A stretch of DNA of 64,000 nucleotides, taken from positions 1,550,001 through 1,614,000 of the forward strand of contig CM022670.1 of assembly GCA_012295275.1 (NCBI GenBank), given 5' to 3'. Of the stretch, positions 26,601-64,000 are shown one piece after another. The position numbers and the translations under genes were made by a program. Source of the DNA: Chrysomallon squamiferum (taxonomy: Eukaryota; Animalia; Mollusca). Every line of letters begins with the position of its first letter. Within the stretch, counting starts at the first letter, position 1. The notes beneath the pieces are model-generated. The model was not told where the DNA came from. It saw only the letters and a list, made by a program, of their open reading frames with translations, and ran no database searches.

Positions 26601-29600
26601 ATGAGAACAGTCTGCAGATTGTGTGTGAATTTCCAGGAATTTTATTTCATTTGAATCATTTCTTTGAATGTACAGTTAATATCTTGAGGGGGATGTAATT
26701 AGTTTTGTGTGTTATAATCATAAAATGAAATTGGAAATGTATATTTGTTTGGGAGGTCAGTGAGTCAGGTGTTAAGCATTTTGTGCTGATGAAGTGAACA
26801 GCTGTGACTCAAAGGGGACAGGGACAGTTGGAGACAGAGCTGTTAAGATGTTCCTTGAAAAATATTTTAAAAATGTTAAAATTTATTTATAATTTAACAT
26901 AAACAGATTTGAATAAAGACGTGAAAAATATTTAAATTTTTTGTTATGCATGTAGAAAGGTAATTTAAAAAAAAGAAGAAAAAAGCCTGAATAAATCTAA
27001 AATATTAAATTTGATTTCTTTTCATTATCTTACCAATTTAAATTTTCATGATATTAATTATTTTAACATGATAATAATGATTGTTACATGACATCACCTA
27101 GGTGAAGAACAAGTCAGATGACTTTGGTTGGGGCGTGGTCATCAACTTCCAGAAGAAAATGGATCAGAGTAGTGTAAGTCATCTTTCTGATAATATTTGT
27201 ATTTACATCAAATCAGTAGCACTGTAGTTCACCTGAGGAGTAACAGGTTGCAGGGTCAGTACTCTTCAGTGGATTGTTATGCTGTTCTATTTCATGTTGC
27301 AACCACACACACAAAAAAGAATATCCTGGTAATCCAGTAGCAGAGTGTTTATTTTCTGTTTTAACAGCGATAAATTCATTCATAATCAGTGTATCAAAAG
27401 ATCATGGTATGTGCTTTCCTGTCTTTGATAACTTGTATAAAGAAAAATTCTTCTAACATGATATTTTATAAAAAAAAATAAAAATGAAATTCTTACAAAT
27501 ATCAGTGATTATGATGCTAAATGAAACTGAGTTCAATTTCAACTTTACTGCATCACATTTTCCTTTGAAATCCTTCATTGTGACACAAATTTCAAGTTCA
27601 AAGTGTTGTCTTTTCCACAAGTTTTTATTCTCTGTGTTTTTCTGTCTCCAGATTGCCAAGGATGTCAGTCCAATGTATATTGTTGATGTGCTACTTCATG
27701 TGTCCAAAGCCACTGCTCACACACAAAACACTGCCGACATTAAACCTTGTACTAAAGGAGAAAAGGGAGAAATGCAGGTATGTTTTTTTCTTTTCTCAAA
27801 CATATCATATTTCTTTGTTTGTATTATTATATTGCATAAATGTCTGAGTGTATTTGTGTGTAAATTAGTATGTATCTGTGATAATGTGTATTTGTGCATG
27901 TGTTGGTGTAATTATATAGTGTTTTTGTGTGTGTGTATGTCACAGTGTTAATGGGTTTTTTTAATTTGTTTTTCTCTGACAGTAACTTTTTGGTAATAAC
28001 AAGATTGGTGCCTGTGGTGTGCAGTATGTAAAGAAAGGATTTTAAAAAAAACAAAATAAAAAATGTATGTTCATGTCTGACAATGTGTTTGCATTGCAGG
28101 TTGTTCCAGTAATGACCACTTTGTTAGTGGACATCAGTGCTGTGAGACTGTACATACCACAAGACCTCCGACCTCCTGACAACAGAATGAGTGTGCTCAA
28201 GTCTCTGAAAGTTAGTGTCACTTGCATTTCACTGAATGATAACTCGTTTGTTAATACTCCCTGAAATGTCACAGAATAACCTCATCATCGAAAGCTAACT
28301 AAAAGTTGTTTATAAATTAGTGGGATTTTCATCCTTTTTGTTTTAATTTGACCTGCATGTTATTTATGCTTAATAGATACTGTATTTATTCTTTTGTTTA
28401 TACACTGTTTTTCTACTTAATGACTATGAAAAATGCTTAATTTATCTATGATTTTATTTAATGCCAATTAAAAGTATTTTAATTAATTGTTGAACAGGAA
28501 GTTGAAAAACGTTTCCCTGATGGTTTGCCTCATCTTGACCCAATAGAAGATATGGGCATCAAGGAAAAAGGTTTACAAGAAGTTATTAAGGTATGATTCA
28601 TTTATTTTACAGTTTAACAAAAACAAAACACTAAAAGAAGAAAAAACATGTTAGTCCACTGCTGTAATCTCTGATGATTTGGAATAATAAACAAAATCTA
28701 GAAATATTATATATATATATATATATATAGATAGATAGATAAAAAAAAAAAAAAAAAAAAATTCTCAACAAAATGTAAATACTTGCAAACATTGTCATCT
28801 GCTAATTGCTAATATAGATAGATTTTTTGTGAAAAACAAATCTACACACTGGTTTAGTTAATTGTAATGTTTATCAAAACATTTATATAAAATATTCTTT
28901 GTCACTTCTTACAAACCTTGAATCTATATATATTTAAATATTTTCCATTTTAATAAATGTTGAGTGAATACAGACAAACAGATACACACAAACACATTCA
29001 CATACACATATATCTAAAAACTGTTTTAATTTATTTTCAGAAAATTGAAGCATTTGAACATCGATTATATTCTCATGTTATGCACAAAGATCCAAATTTA
29101 GATGAATTGTATTCACAGTATGAACACAAAATGATGGTAAGAGATAATGAATAATTTTTTATAGCTTTGTTTTTCACCTATATATTATTTTGTAATGAAC
29201 TTCATATACTTCACATGTGTCATGAATAGTTTGGGAGTTTGGTAAATTAAAATCGATTCATTTTTACCTTTGACATTTTTATTAGTGTTTTTATATATTC
29301 ATGTTTTGTATAATGAACTAAATTTACAAAGACAAGAAATTCTTCTTGCTTTATTTTACAACACTTGTAATTATGAAAGCTATGAAACAAATAGCATGGA
29401 AAATGCAGATTTACATGGCAGTTTTACCCATAACACATCTCCAGGTTTGATTTAAGAGAAACTTTGAAAATGTAGAGTCCAAAGGCAACAGGGATTGTTT
29501 GTGTTAATTTGGTGTTATTTCTAGCTTTGTTGTTTTATTCCCTTTAACAGTTCAAACTGTTTCAGCTCAACAGTTCACAGACTGTCTGTAACAAGATGGT

Positions 29601-31467
29601 ACAGTTATTTCTTTCTGTTTTGTTTTTTATAGATTGGCAATGAAGTGAAAGCAATAAAATCGGAACTGAAGAAGAAGAAGTCTTTGCTGCAGATGGATGA
29701 GCTGAAATGTCGGAAGAGGGTTTTGAGAAGAATGGGGTACGCCACTGCCTCAGATGTCATAGAAATAAAAGGCAGAGTGGCTTGTGAAATCAGCAGGTAA
29801 TGCTTCAGTTTATACCAAAATTATAAACATTCTGTTGAAGAAAATAATTCTGTAGTGTTGCAGTAAATTAGAACGTATGGTTTTTGGCACAAGCTTCTTT
29901 TAACTCTTTATGAAAAAAAACCTGTTGAACGGATCAGAATCGTTATCCCAAATTCAGAGATTTAAAAAGAACTAAAGAATTAAAAAACACGAGCAAACCT
30001 AATCCTAATCCTTCAGGGATATTTGTATTTGGGAGTACAACCTCCAGGATTTTGTCAGATAAAATATAATGTTTATTTATGTGATTACATTGTTTGTGTT
30101 GCGTGTTTTCTCAGCTGTGACGAGCTGCTGGTCACAGAAATGCTGTTTAATGGAGTTTTCAACGACCTCACTCCAGCCCAGATTGTTGCCTTGATGAGTT
30201 GTTTTGTGTTCCAAGAAAAATCTAACGAGAATCCCAGACTCACAGAAACACTGTCTGGACCTCTGAGAATAATGCAGGTAAATAAACTTACCTTTTTTAG
30301 TTTTTGAAGCAGAAATATTTTTCATATTCGGTTCCTTTCTTTGTTTAACAAAACCAGTTCTGTTTAGTATCATTTCACTTTTAACAAATCCACTTCAACT
30401 TAACAACTAAATCATTTTAATCTGTACAGGATACAGCTCGGAGAATAGCTAGAATCAGCAAAGAGGCAAAGATTGACTTAGATGAAGAGCTGTACATGAG
30501 TTCATTCAAGCCTAACCTCATGGATGTTGTGTATGCCTGGAGTACTGGGGCTACGTTTGCTAAGATCTGCACAATGACGGATATCTTCGAAGGTTTGTTT
30601 ACTTTAGTCATGTTGTGCAAGTTTAAGAGAGATAAATATTTGTTTTAATTTCATATTAAGTTTTTTTTTTTTGACATCATTTTTTTATTTTAAATAGTGA
30701 CTTATAAACATTTGTGAATATTTTATAATAATTAACAAAATGTGTAGTTATTTTAAAATATGTTTGTTAATGTTTGTAATGTTTTTTTTTTTTTTTTTTT
30801 TGTTGTTTTGTTTTTTTAATTTACACAGTTTTAAATCACAGGTTTTTTTTTAAAGCTTTCTGTTATCTTTTCGTGTATCTCCACTACAGTATTTTTGCAT
30901 TTTCAGGAAGTATAATTCGCTGCATGAGAAGACTTGAAGAGGCTCTGAGAGAAATGTGTCAAGCATCTAAAGCTATTGGAAATACAGAGATGGAACAAAA
31001 GATTTCTGAAGGTTAGTTTTACATTAATCAGTATAAAACATGTATGTGTGTGCACGAGAGTGGTTGAGTAGATACATATTCACAAATAATACCCTACATA
31101 ACATAAACTGAATTTTTTTTTTTTTTTTAAATGCAAGAATCTCGAACTTTTATTGGAGCACAATTAGCCTAATTTAGTCTGAATAAAAATTAAGAATATT
31201 TCAATTTAAAATAGTAAATTTATGAATTTTTTTTTAAAAATATTTAACTGAACTACATCTTTCAGTGTGTATGATTGTTAAAAAAATTGGTGTTTGATAT
31301 GTAAAATGAAGCTTAATGTATTTTCTATGATATTGCTGCCAGATATATTGACTTTTATGCTCTTGATTATATTGACAAAATATTCTTTTCATCCTTTACT
31401 GATTTTCACTTCAGGTATTCAGAGTATTAAACGGGACATCGTGTTTGCTGCAAGTCTTTACTTGTAA
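17019..31467 (+). CDS. MTREX: Exosome RNA helicase MTR4 (Ski2-like DExH helicase), ~1026 aa, 26 exons
   Basis: Exons: 17019-17137, 18779-18880, 19241-19307, 19631-19806, 20300-20474, 21031-21121, 21613-21737, 21920-22018, 22530-22632, 23036-23170, 23527-23606, 24106-24216, 24832-24933, 25440-25565, 25792-25942, 26407-26579, 27102-27173, 27652-27777, 28100-28210, 28498-28590, 29041-29136, 29633-29796, 30115-30277, 30430-30592, 30907-31011, 31415-31467 (3081 nt, all GT-AG, in phase). Motifs: [67 protein letters not shown]/arch ([17 protein letters not shown]) and C-terminal [13 protein letters not shown]. Confidence 0.97.
17246..17390 (+). repeat. ~140 bp intronic element, copy 1 (MTREX intron 1)
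   Basis: gaatgatcacctaattaca...ttcttactataccct...ttttattaatccaaacttatat...ttagactgaatatttataata..aataaagctattt aligns collinearly with 20562-20701. Confidence 0.9.
20562..20701 (+). repeat. ~140 bp intronic element, copy 2 (MTREX intron 5)
   Basis: Collinear match to 17246-17390. Confidence 0.9.
27205..27460 (+). mobile_element. Decayed SINE-like element in MTREX intron 17
   Basis: A degenerate tRNA-like head (gtagcactgtagttcacctgaggagtaacaggttgcagggtcag) is followed by the core caaaagatcatggtatgtgctttcctgtct...tataaagaaaaattctt. Related cores occur at ~19000-19120 and ~55350-55420, and reversed at ~36985, ~37095 and ~42700. Confidence 0.45.
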
Positions 31468-34400
31468 CGTGTGAAGTGATAACATCAGTTTGAACTTCCA
31501 TTTCTACTAGTCCTCTCAGGAATCAGATTCACAACTTAAATAACTTTACCAGTGGTTTTTTGTTTTAAGACAGACAATTAGTTACTACTCTACACATTCA
31601 TTTGTGTGAGAAAAAAACAATCTTGTATATTCTCAGATTACAGTTAGTTTCTTCAGTGTTTGTTATAATGAGAAAATTAAATCATTTTAACTGAACTGAT
31701 AGAAATTAAATTTGTATTACAAACAAGATGCTTATTTGGCAGCATTATCTGTTAAAATTATCTGAAATTCATTTCAATATCAAAACTATTTTTATTTAGA
31801 TGTATGTTTCTTTCTGCTCATTTATAAGTTACCCACAGCGTCTTAGCTTTACTCATTACAAAGTTATTTTAATTATAAAAGATTCATGAAAAAACCCAGA
31901 AACCTTCAGATCATCTGTATGAGTATTACAGAGAAGAGCAAGTTTAACAGTGTTCATGACTGATTATGGATGTTTCTGGTGCAGTAAGATTATAAAAATT
32001 GAAATGAAGAATAGTTTCCTTAACTGCAAAAAAATTTGTTAGTATATTCCTTTGTTAACCTTATCATTGTAGTAAAGTTAACAAAATGTGCTTTTGAAAT
32101 ATTTCCAGTGAGAAGAATAGAGATAATATGTGTTTGACAGGGGCAAGCTTTCCCACTCTCATTAAAACAATTTTTAAAACTTTTCTGGAATGAGCAGTAT
32201 TAGTTTGTGTAGAAAACAAGATAACATACAAAACCAGTTCAATAAACATTTTAAAAGAGTGAGGAGATTCTGTGGTAAATTGAATCAAATACTGAATATA
32301 CATAATTAATAATTTCTCAAACTGATTATTCTTTTTATGTTGTGCTATTATAAATATGTTTAGAGTGTATGGATAGCATCTGTAGTAGATTCAGTGAAAT
32401 ACAAAATTAATCTTCAAATGATTCACCTTCAATTTGCTTATAGTTGTCAGTGTTTTTATGGGGTAGGATAGGCATCATTAATCTGAAAAAACAAAACAAC
32501 TAGCCATTAATTCTCACGCAGATATATTGCATATATGTATGTATGTATGTATGTATGTACTGTTGTAAACCTTTTTAAGTGTAAATACATACAGTGGACA
32601 TACATAAATTCCATTTCCAGTTTGTGGTAAATGACATTTAATAAAAAAAATCTTGCAAATTGTTTATCTATAATGTCAGTTGTTGTTTTAGAAATTGTCC
32701 CATACTTGTTATAAAAACATCAGAATAACTTGATATTTATTTGCACGTGAAACTGTTAAATTGCCAATTACTGTAATTTTATTTTTAGTTATTTATTGAC
32801 CATATAGTTGTCAATACTGATATTAATAAATATACAAAATAAAACCAGATTATTACAAAATAAAAACCATTTATTTAAAAAAAATTGATATTATTTTATT
32901 TTATAAATGTTGAAGTTATCAGCACAGTTATTAATGATTAATGCAGTTGTAAATTAAGAACATTAAATGTATTTATTTTATCTGGCTATGGGATGAGGGA
33001 GAAGTGTGTTACTTGTAAATAATTTTTGTACATATTTTGTAATAAAATGTAAATGAGAAAGGGATTTTGTCTTTTTTCTATTTAAATGAGGAATGACTTC
33101 GCTCATCTATAAGATACTAATAAAATCACCCTTGATGCTGTCTTTGGTAAGAAAAAGGAGTTTGTGTATGGATCTTGTCATTCAGTAGTTATTTGGTCAT
33201 ATTCTATCAAAAAGACACTTATTTAACAACTTTATTTCATCACTGAACATTTTAACTAATCACATATATAAACTGTTGGGTTAGATCCCATTTATATATT
33301 ATAATGGTAATAAAACCCAATACAGTTTTAATTACTTTGATTTCTGAATAAATATGTTATTGTAAATATTGTAAATATTTTCTTTATTAAACATAAATAA
33401 CAACCATTATGACCTCAACAAATATGCATCAGTTATGATCCATCACGTCAAACAAAATTATATGGCAGATATTTTGTGATTGGAGTTTAAAAAAAAGTTC
33501 AGATTCCTGACTTCATGAAATTCTTTTTGATACCTCATTGATTCCTGTATTTCCCTTCGATGTCAAAAATTAAATGGTAAACTGTGAACATTTTTGTACA
33601 TTTCTTCTACAATAATGCAACCAGCAAATAATAGTTCATAAAAGTGCTCAAAATCACACTTTAATATCTAGCAAATTTGTCAATGAATTAAAGATAACAT
33701 TTAACAAAATACTAAAATCAAGAAGTTTTGTTCACTCCAATATTACTGGTTAAAACTCACTACTTGGCTGTGTGATGTGATGGATTACAAATGGGACAAA
33801 AAATACTGTGTGAAAAATAATACATATTACATCATAAAGGTTTATATATACACATTAACACAAATTTTTTTTTTAAATCCTCAAATAAAAACATACAATA
33901 AAACACAAAAATATTTCTCTCAACAAATTAAAAAAGATAAATGATGTTTTTAAAGATAATTTAGTTAAATAACAAAAGATATTAATCAATACATGATTAA
34001 AATAAAATTTTATGCTACCCTGTAAGTATCTGAAAAAATATAAAAAATATACTAAAAATAAACTACTGGTTAATGAGAAATATGCAGATGATAACAGTGA
34101 CATACTATTGTTTAAAAAAAAAACCTGAAATTTTAATGCTTTTTTTTTCAAATTATTTTATTTGATTGATTTCTGGAAAAAAGTTTTCAGGCAAAATAAT
34201 TTCAGCAATTGTTCTTTGTTATTTATCTTGTTTGGCAAATGTTTTCATGCATTTAATAATTTTTACAATTATTCTCCATAATATTTGTGGGTAAAACTTT
34301 GTTCGAAAATGTTGTCAGGCATTTAATAATTTTTTGAAGTTATTCTTCAAAATATTTTGCTTCTTCAAAAACAATTCTTAATTATGATTAATAATAATTT

Positions 34401-35828
34401 TTACAATCATTTTAACATATTCATCATTATGTTTACATTTATTTTATGTCCATGTCTTTTTATATTTTGTATTGGTTTACACTGGAAAGCACCCTTGAAC
34501 TTGCTTAATCTGGAAAACATAATCCAGAGACCCAAGTTAACATTATTTTAGTTTTAAAAATCACATCCCATTAAGAAGAAAAACAAAGATATCCAAGAAA
34601 TTAATAATACTACATATCTGTGAAAATATCAGAGAAAATGTCTGCCTAGCTAGATTCCTCTCAGTGCCTAGTTAATGAGTTCTAGGTGGGCTTGAGAATA
34701 AAATAATATATTAAAAGTTTATAAAATATTCATTTAACCACAATATTCTGAAATATGAGTTGTTTTACATCTGAAATTATTTTCACTGGTATCAACAGAT
34801 TTGTTATATGTGCACCATCTTCTGGACTATGAATGTTCTTTGGTCACAAGCATGTTAGAATTCCACTGGGATGTTGACTAACTATATACACTCTCCAAAC
34901 AACAGTCTCTAAACACTTTGGAGTTTAATATAAATTATATAATCTAAATTAAATGTTAAAAAATATTTTTCAATGTCAAGAAGAGAAAAAATATATATGA
35001 ATAATATCTAATATAAAATTATATATATCTGGCATTTTAAAAAATAAAATAAAAATCACAATAAAATGATTATTATTTATGATATGATGTCAAAATTGTA
35101 AGAAAAAGCTTACTGATATGTTTATAGCTGAAACATAAATCGTGTATGCAAAAAAACTGCATTCATTTGCAATGCTTAAACACAGGCTTCATAGACTCAG
35201 AATAATTGCAAACTAATTTACAATATTTCATTTATTAATATCTAAAATATTTACATTAAATATACAACAGATTTTTGAATATATCTTTTTTATCATGTTT
35301 ACATCTGAATTTTTCCTTTTGTATTAAATAAAATTTAACACATGTACATTTGAGTTAAAATATTTCTTATATTTGAAGTTGAAACATGTTTTAGTGTCAA
35401 TTTAATGAAAATATCTAATTTGAAATATTCTTGTTATTCTGATCAAAATATAATAATTAAATCTGATTTATGTATTTATGCTTTTCAGTTGTTTAATTAC
35501 AGGAATAAATATGTAACTGTGTTTTCCTAGCATCTGTGGTTCTGAATAATAACTATATAATACTGACAAAATTACCCAAGATACGATATGGATTGCAAAT
35601 ATCTGTATTCGAAAACATTCATAATTCTGTGTTAAAACAGCAGGGATATCATACTATTGCCTCAGTGTTATTTTATTATTATTAATACTTTTTTTATTTA
35701 TTTTTTTTATTAGCAATTATGATATTCTATGAATACTTTTCTCTACATTTCAGTCATTTCAAAAATAATTCCTTGATTTGTAACCGAACAACATTTGACT
35801 GATGTTGTAAAGTTCTGTTTTGTTACTA

Positions 35829-59939
<24,111 letters not shown>

Positions 59940-61562
59940 GTTTTCAAAAAGTTTTGTTTTTTCTGTTTTTTAAATTTTGCCAAAGAATATGAATATTACC
60001 TTCAATATCAGGTTAGTTTTTTTTCTTTCTCTGTTAACTTTCTTCTTTTCTTTCCTTTTTTCCCCCTTTTAAAAAAAACTTAAACTATTGTTTCTTTTAT
60101 TTTTGACTTTTTATTTAAACAAAATATCCAGTTACTTTATGTGAAGAACCAAAAAATATCATATCAGAAAAATCACAAGAATCAATTTCACTGTAACTGT
60201 TGTTATCCAGAGGTCAAATCCTTATTCGGTTGAAATAAATCTTAATTTTGATAAAATAAATCCTGAATATAAAATAATCAGAACAGTGGATGACAAGTCA
60301 GCACAAGATTACTGAACTATTCCTTCTCACTTGATTATTTATCCTTCAGTGAAAGAACTGGTGGATTATTCCAGAAGAGTCAACAGTAAAAGAGTTTCCA
60401 CACAGCAGACACAACACAGCCCAGCAGACTCTATCAGAATCTTTCAATAAACTAGTAACCAGTGAGTCTAAACAGTCAGTTAAAGGTTGTAATGAAAGTT
60501 AATGATTTTAAGGAAAAAATAATCTATTAAATAATTAAGTTAAAAACCAATTTTTAATTATCTACATAAAAAAAAAAAATAATAATAATAATAATTAAAA
60601 AAATGGATAAAATAATTATTGTATTGATGACTGAAAATGTGAGATACAGTTAAAAGCAGACAGTATGTAGTAATATACCAGATATAAAACAGATATAACC
60701 TTTACAACATCATTATACAATTCTCTTAGAGCATTCCACACAGTGTACCAGGTAATCCTGGAATATCTAAAAATAGACTCACATAAAAATAACTATTAGA
60801 TGAAGAAAAACTGATCATTACATTTAATAGACACTAACAAGTCAATAACCATCAGTATCCTGCATTTCTGAATAAAATAAAAACAATAATTCTTAATTTC
60901 CTTTTAAAATCAATTATTCAAAAAGTTACACTAAAACTAATTATCAACCTGAAGATGTTAATCTCTGAAAAAAAATAAAAAACCAAACAAAAAAGATAGC
61001 CAAAAAATTAAAATCCCAAACTTATGTGAAATTTTCATTCAACTGCTTAAATCAAGAAGATTCCACTTTAGAGCAAACTCAAACTGCTACATTTGCAGAA
61101 TCAAGAGTTCTCAGATTGAATGCAGTGCATTGTGGGAAAATTGAGTGAGAGACTGTTGACTTTCATTCAACAGGTGTTACACAGAATCTGCGACTATGAA
61201 TAACTAATAAGCAGCAGCTTATCAATTGTCTTGCAAGACACGGAGCAATTGAGTATTGATTCTCAATACAGAGCTGACATCTCTTGTCAAAATAAACAAG
61301 AATCATGACAAAGATGTCTGCAGTTTAGTACGCTTTTACATGTAGGAAGTCAGCTTAAAAAAAAAAATGGAAATAATAATAAAATAATCTTAAGATTTAG
61401 TTTTATGTACTTTTTTTTTTTTTTTTGATGGAACTGACAGAAGAAATTAACATGACAAATGTGACAGCAGTTCAGTACATTATGATTTGCAAAATTATAT
61501 GTAAATAAAACAATAAATTTCAGTTTATTAATTTTTATTTTATTTATTTATTTTTTTTAATT

Positions 61563-62265
61563 ACTTCTTCTTATTGATATCATCATCATTATTTAAGTTA
61601 TTTTTATTTTTTAAATTTTTTTTGAATTTAATATCATTTGGATTAAGAAAATTTTATTTATTTCAAATGCACCATGAAATGTTTAAAAATTTTTCAATTT
61701 GTTTTTTTATTAATTGTTTAGAAAGAAATAGATGATGAAATGACAGAAATAATGTCAAAAAAAAAATCCTTTGATCATGGGAGACATTTTATTATATCAA
61801 ATTCATCATACCATTTTTATAAAACATAGATTTTTTGAAGAAATTAAAGACCATACAACAAAAATTCATACCTTTTATCTTTTAAAAGATTTTTTTTTTT
61901 TTAATAAAACTTCTTCTTATTGATATCATCATCATTATTTAAGTTATTTTTATTTTTTAAAAAATTTTTGAATTTAATATCTTTTGGATTAAGAAAATTT
62001 TAATTATTTCAAATGCACCATGAAATATTTAAATTTTTTTAATTTTTTTTTTTTATATTAATTGTTTAGAAAGAAATAGATGATGAAATGATAGAAATAA
62101 TGTCAAAAAAAAACAAACAAATCCTTTAATCAAGGGAGACAAAATTTTATTATATCAAATTCATCATACCATTTTTATAAAACATAGATTTTTGGAAGAA
62201 ATTAAAGACCATACAACAAAAATTCATACCTTTTTTTTTTAAAACGATTTTGTTTTTTTAATAAA
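61563..62265. repeat. Direct tandem duplication, 2 x ~350 bp
   Basis: acttcttcttattgatatcatcatcattatttaag starts at both 61563 and 61909. Both copies continue near-identically to ...gaccatacaacaaaaattcatacctttt. Confidence 0.95.
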
Positions 62266-62764
62266 AAGAAACAAACAATTGTATTGAGCCTATTACCAAG
62301 CTGTGAATGTATTGATTTTCTTTATCTGCAGGTGTCTGGTTCAAACAGCAATAACAATGTGAACAGTAAGGGGCTGCTCATGTGTAGGAATTTTAAATGT
62401 TTTTCTGTGCCTTGACATTATTAAATTTCACACAAATGAAATAAGATTTTTTTTTTTTTTTTAAAAGATGATGTTTCATAATACTAGAGATTTTTTGAAT
62501 TTTTTTTAAATTAAGTAAAAAATAGTGTTATGTAGTTAAAAGGGATTTAGTTTTTAATTTGTATTTCTATTTCACTTTGAATATATCTGTCAAACTGTGA
62601 TTAAGAATTTTATATATATATATATATATAGATGAAAACAGTTTTGTTATTATATACATACAATATTACAGTTAAACAAAAAAATATATATCATTTGTCA
62701 TGTTTATAGATGATCTGTATTTACAAATCTACATTTTAACCCACTATTTCAAAAATGAAGATGC

Positions 62765-64000
62765 AAAAGATACCATGCTAATATAACACAAATCATAATA
62801 AAACAGATCCCATGCTGTTATAACACAAATCATAACAGATACCATGCTGATATAACACAAATAATAACATACGAGATACCACACTGTTATAACACAAATC
62901 ATAACATACCAGATGCCACCCTGTTATAACACAAATCATAACATACCAGATGCCACCCTGTTATAACACAAATCATAACATACCAGATACCACGCTGTTA
63001 TAACACAAATCATAACAGATGCCACGCTGTTATAACACAAATCATAACAGATACCACGCTGTTATAACACAAATCATAACAGATGCCACGCTGTTATAAC
63101 ACAAATCATAACATACCAGATACCACGCTGTTATAACATAAATCATAACAGATGCCACACTGTTATAACACAAATCATAACACATGCCACTCTGTTATAA
63201 CACAAATCATAACATACCAGATACCACGCTGTTATAACACAAATCATAACAGATACCACGCTGTTATAACACAAATCATAACAGATGCCACACTGTTATA
63301 ACATCATAACATACCAGATACCACGCTGTTATAACATAAATCATAACAGATGCCACAATAACACAAATCATAACAGATACCACACTGTTATAACACAAAT
63401 CATAACAGATACCACACTGTTATAACACAAATCATAACAGATGCCACGCTGTTATAACACAAATCATAACATACCAGATACCACGCTGTTATAACACAAA
63501 TCATAACATACCAGATACCACGCTGTTATAACACAAATCATAACAGATACCACACTGTTATAACACAAATCATAACAGATACCACACTGTTATAACACAA
63601 ATCATAACATACCAGATACCACGCTGTTATAACACAAATCATAACAGATGCCACAAATAACACAAATCATAACATACCAGATACCACGCTGTTATAACAC
63701 AAATCATACCAGATACCACGCTGTTATAACACAAATCATAACAGATACCACACTGTTATAACACAAATCATAACATACCAGATACCATGCTGTTATAACA
63801 CAAATCATACCAGATACCACGCTGTTATAACACAAATCATAACAGATGCCACGCTGTTATAACACAAATCATAACAGATGCCACGCTGTTATAACACAAA
63901 TCATAACAGATACCACGCTGTTATAACACAAATCATAACATACCAGATACCACGCTGTTATAACATAAATCATAACAGATGCCACGCTGTTATAACACAA
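62765..64000. repeat. Minisatellite of interleaved 32-bp and 37-bp units, running off the window end
   Basis: Unit cagat(a/g)ccac(g/a)ctgttataacacaaatcataa with an optional catac insert; more than 30 copies; the most degenerate copies lie at the left edge. Confidence 0.97.

Noticed and set aside
62765-64000. Regularly spaced 32-37 bp repeats with a palindrome, superficially CRISPR-like
   Set aside because: Units are head-to-tail with no unique spacers, there are no cas genes, and the context is eukaryotic. It is a minisatellite.

Overview
AT-rich, microsatellite-dense eukaryotic (animal) genomic DNA with spliceosomal GT-AG introns; gene content and repeat style suggest an invertebrate, probably a mollusc (inference). 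I reconstructed four protein-coding genes by hand from splice sites and reading phase. (1) A Tctex1-domain dynein light chain with an intronless CDS (+, 8455-9069). (2) TXNDC12/ERp18 (-, 7 exons, 165 aa, CGAC active site, KEEL tail). (3) MTREX/SKIV2L2/MTR4 RNA helicase (+, 26 exons, ~1026 aa), head-to-head with TXNDC12 with only 146 bp between the ATGs. (4) An SLC4A11-like transporter (-, 17 well-supported exons plus a probable first coding exon at 59825-59939, ~817 aa), tail-to-tail with MTREX. The most unusual observation is that two SLC4A11 introns carry tandem arrays in register with the exon/5'-splice-site junction. One array has ~10 spare AAAA|GTATGT donors. Each array has a stray copy in another intron. 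Also present: decayed SINE-like copies, a piggyBac-like MITE, a duplicated intronic element in MTREX, several local duplications and a 32/37-bp minisatellite at the right end. I found no prokaryotic-type system, CRISPR array, rRNA or tRNA. Most short ORFs in the supplied track are microsatellite artefacts or exon read-through.
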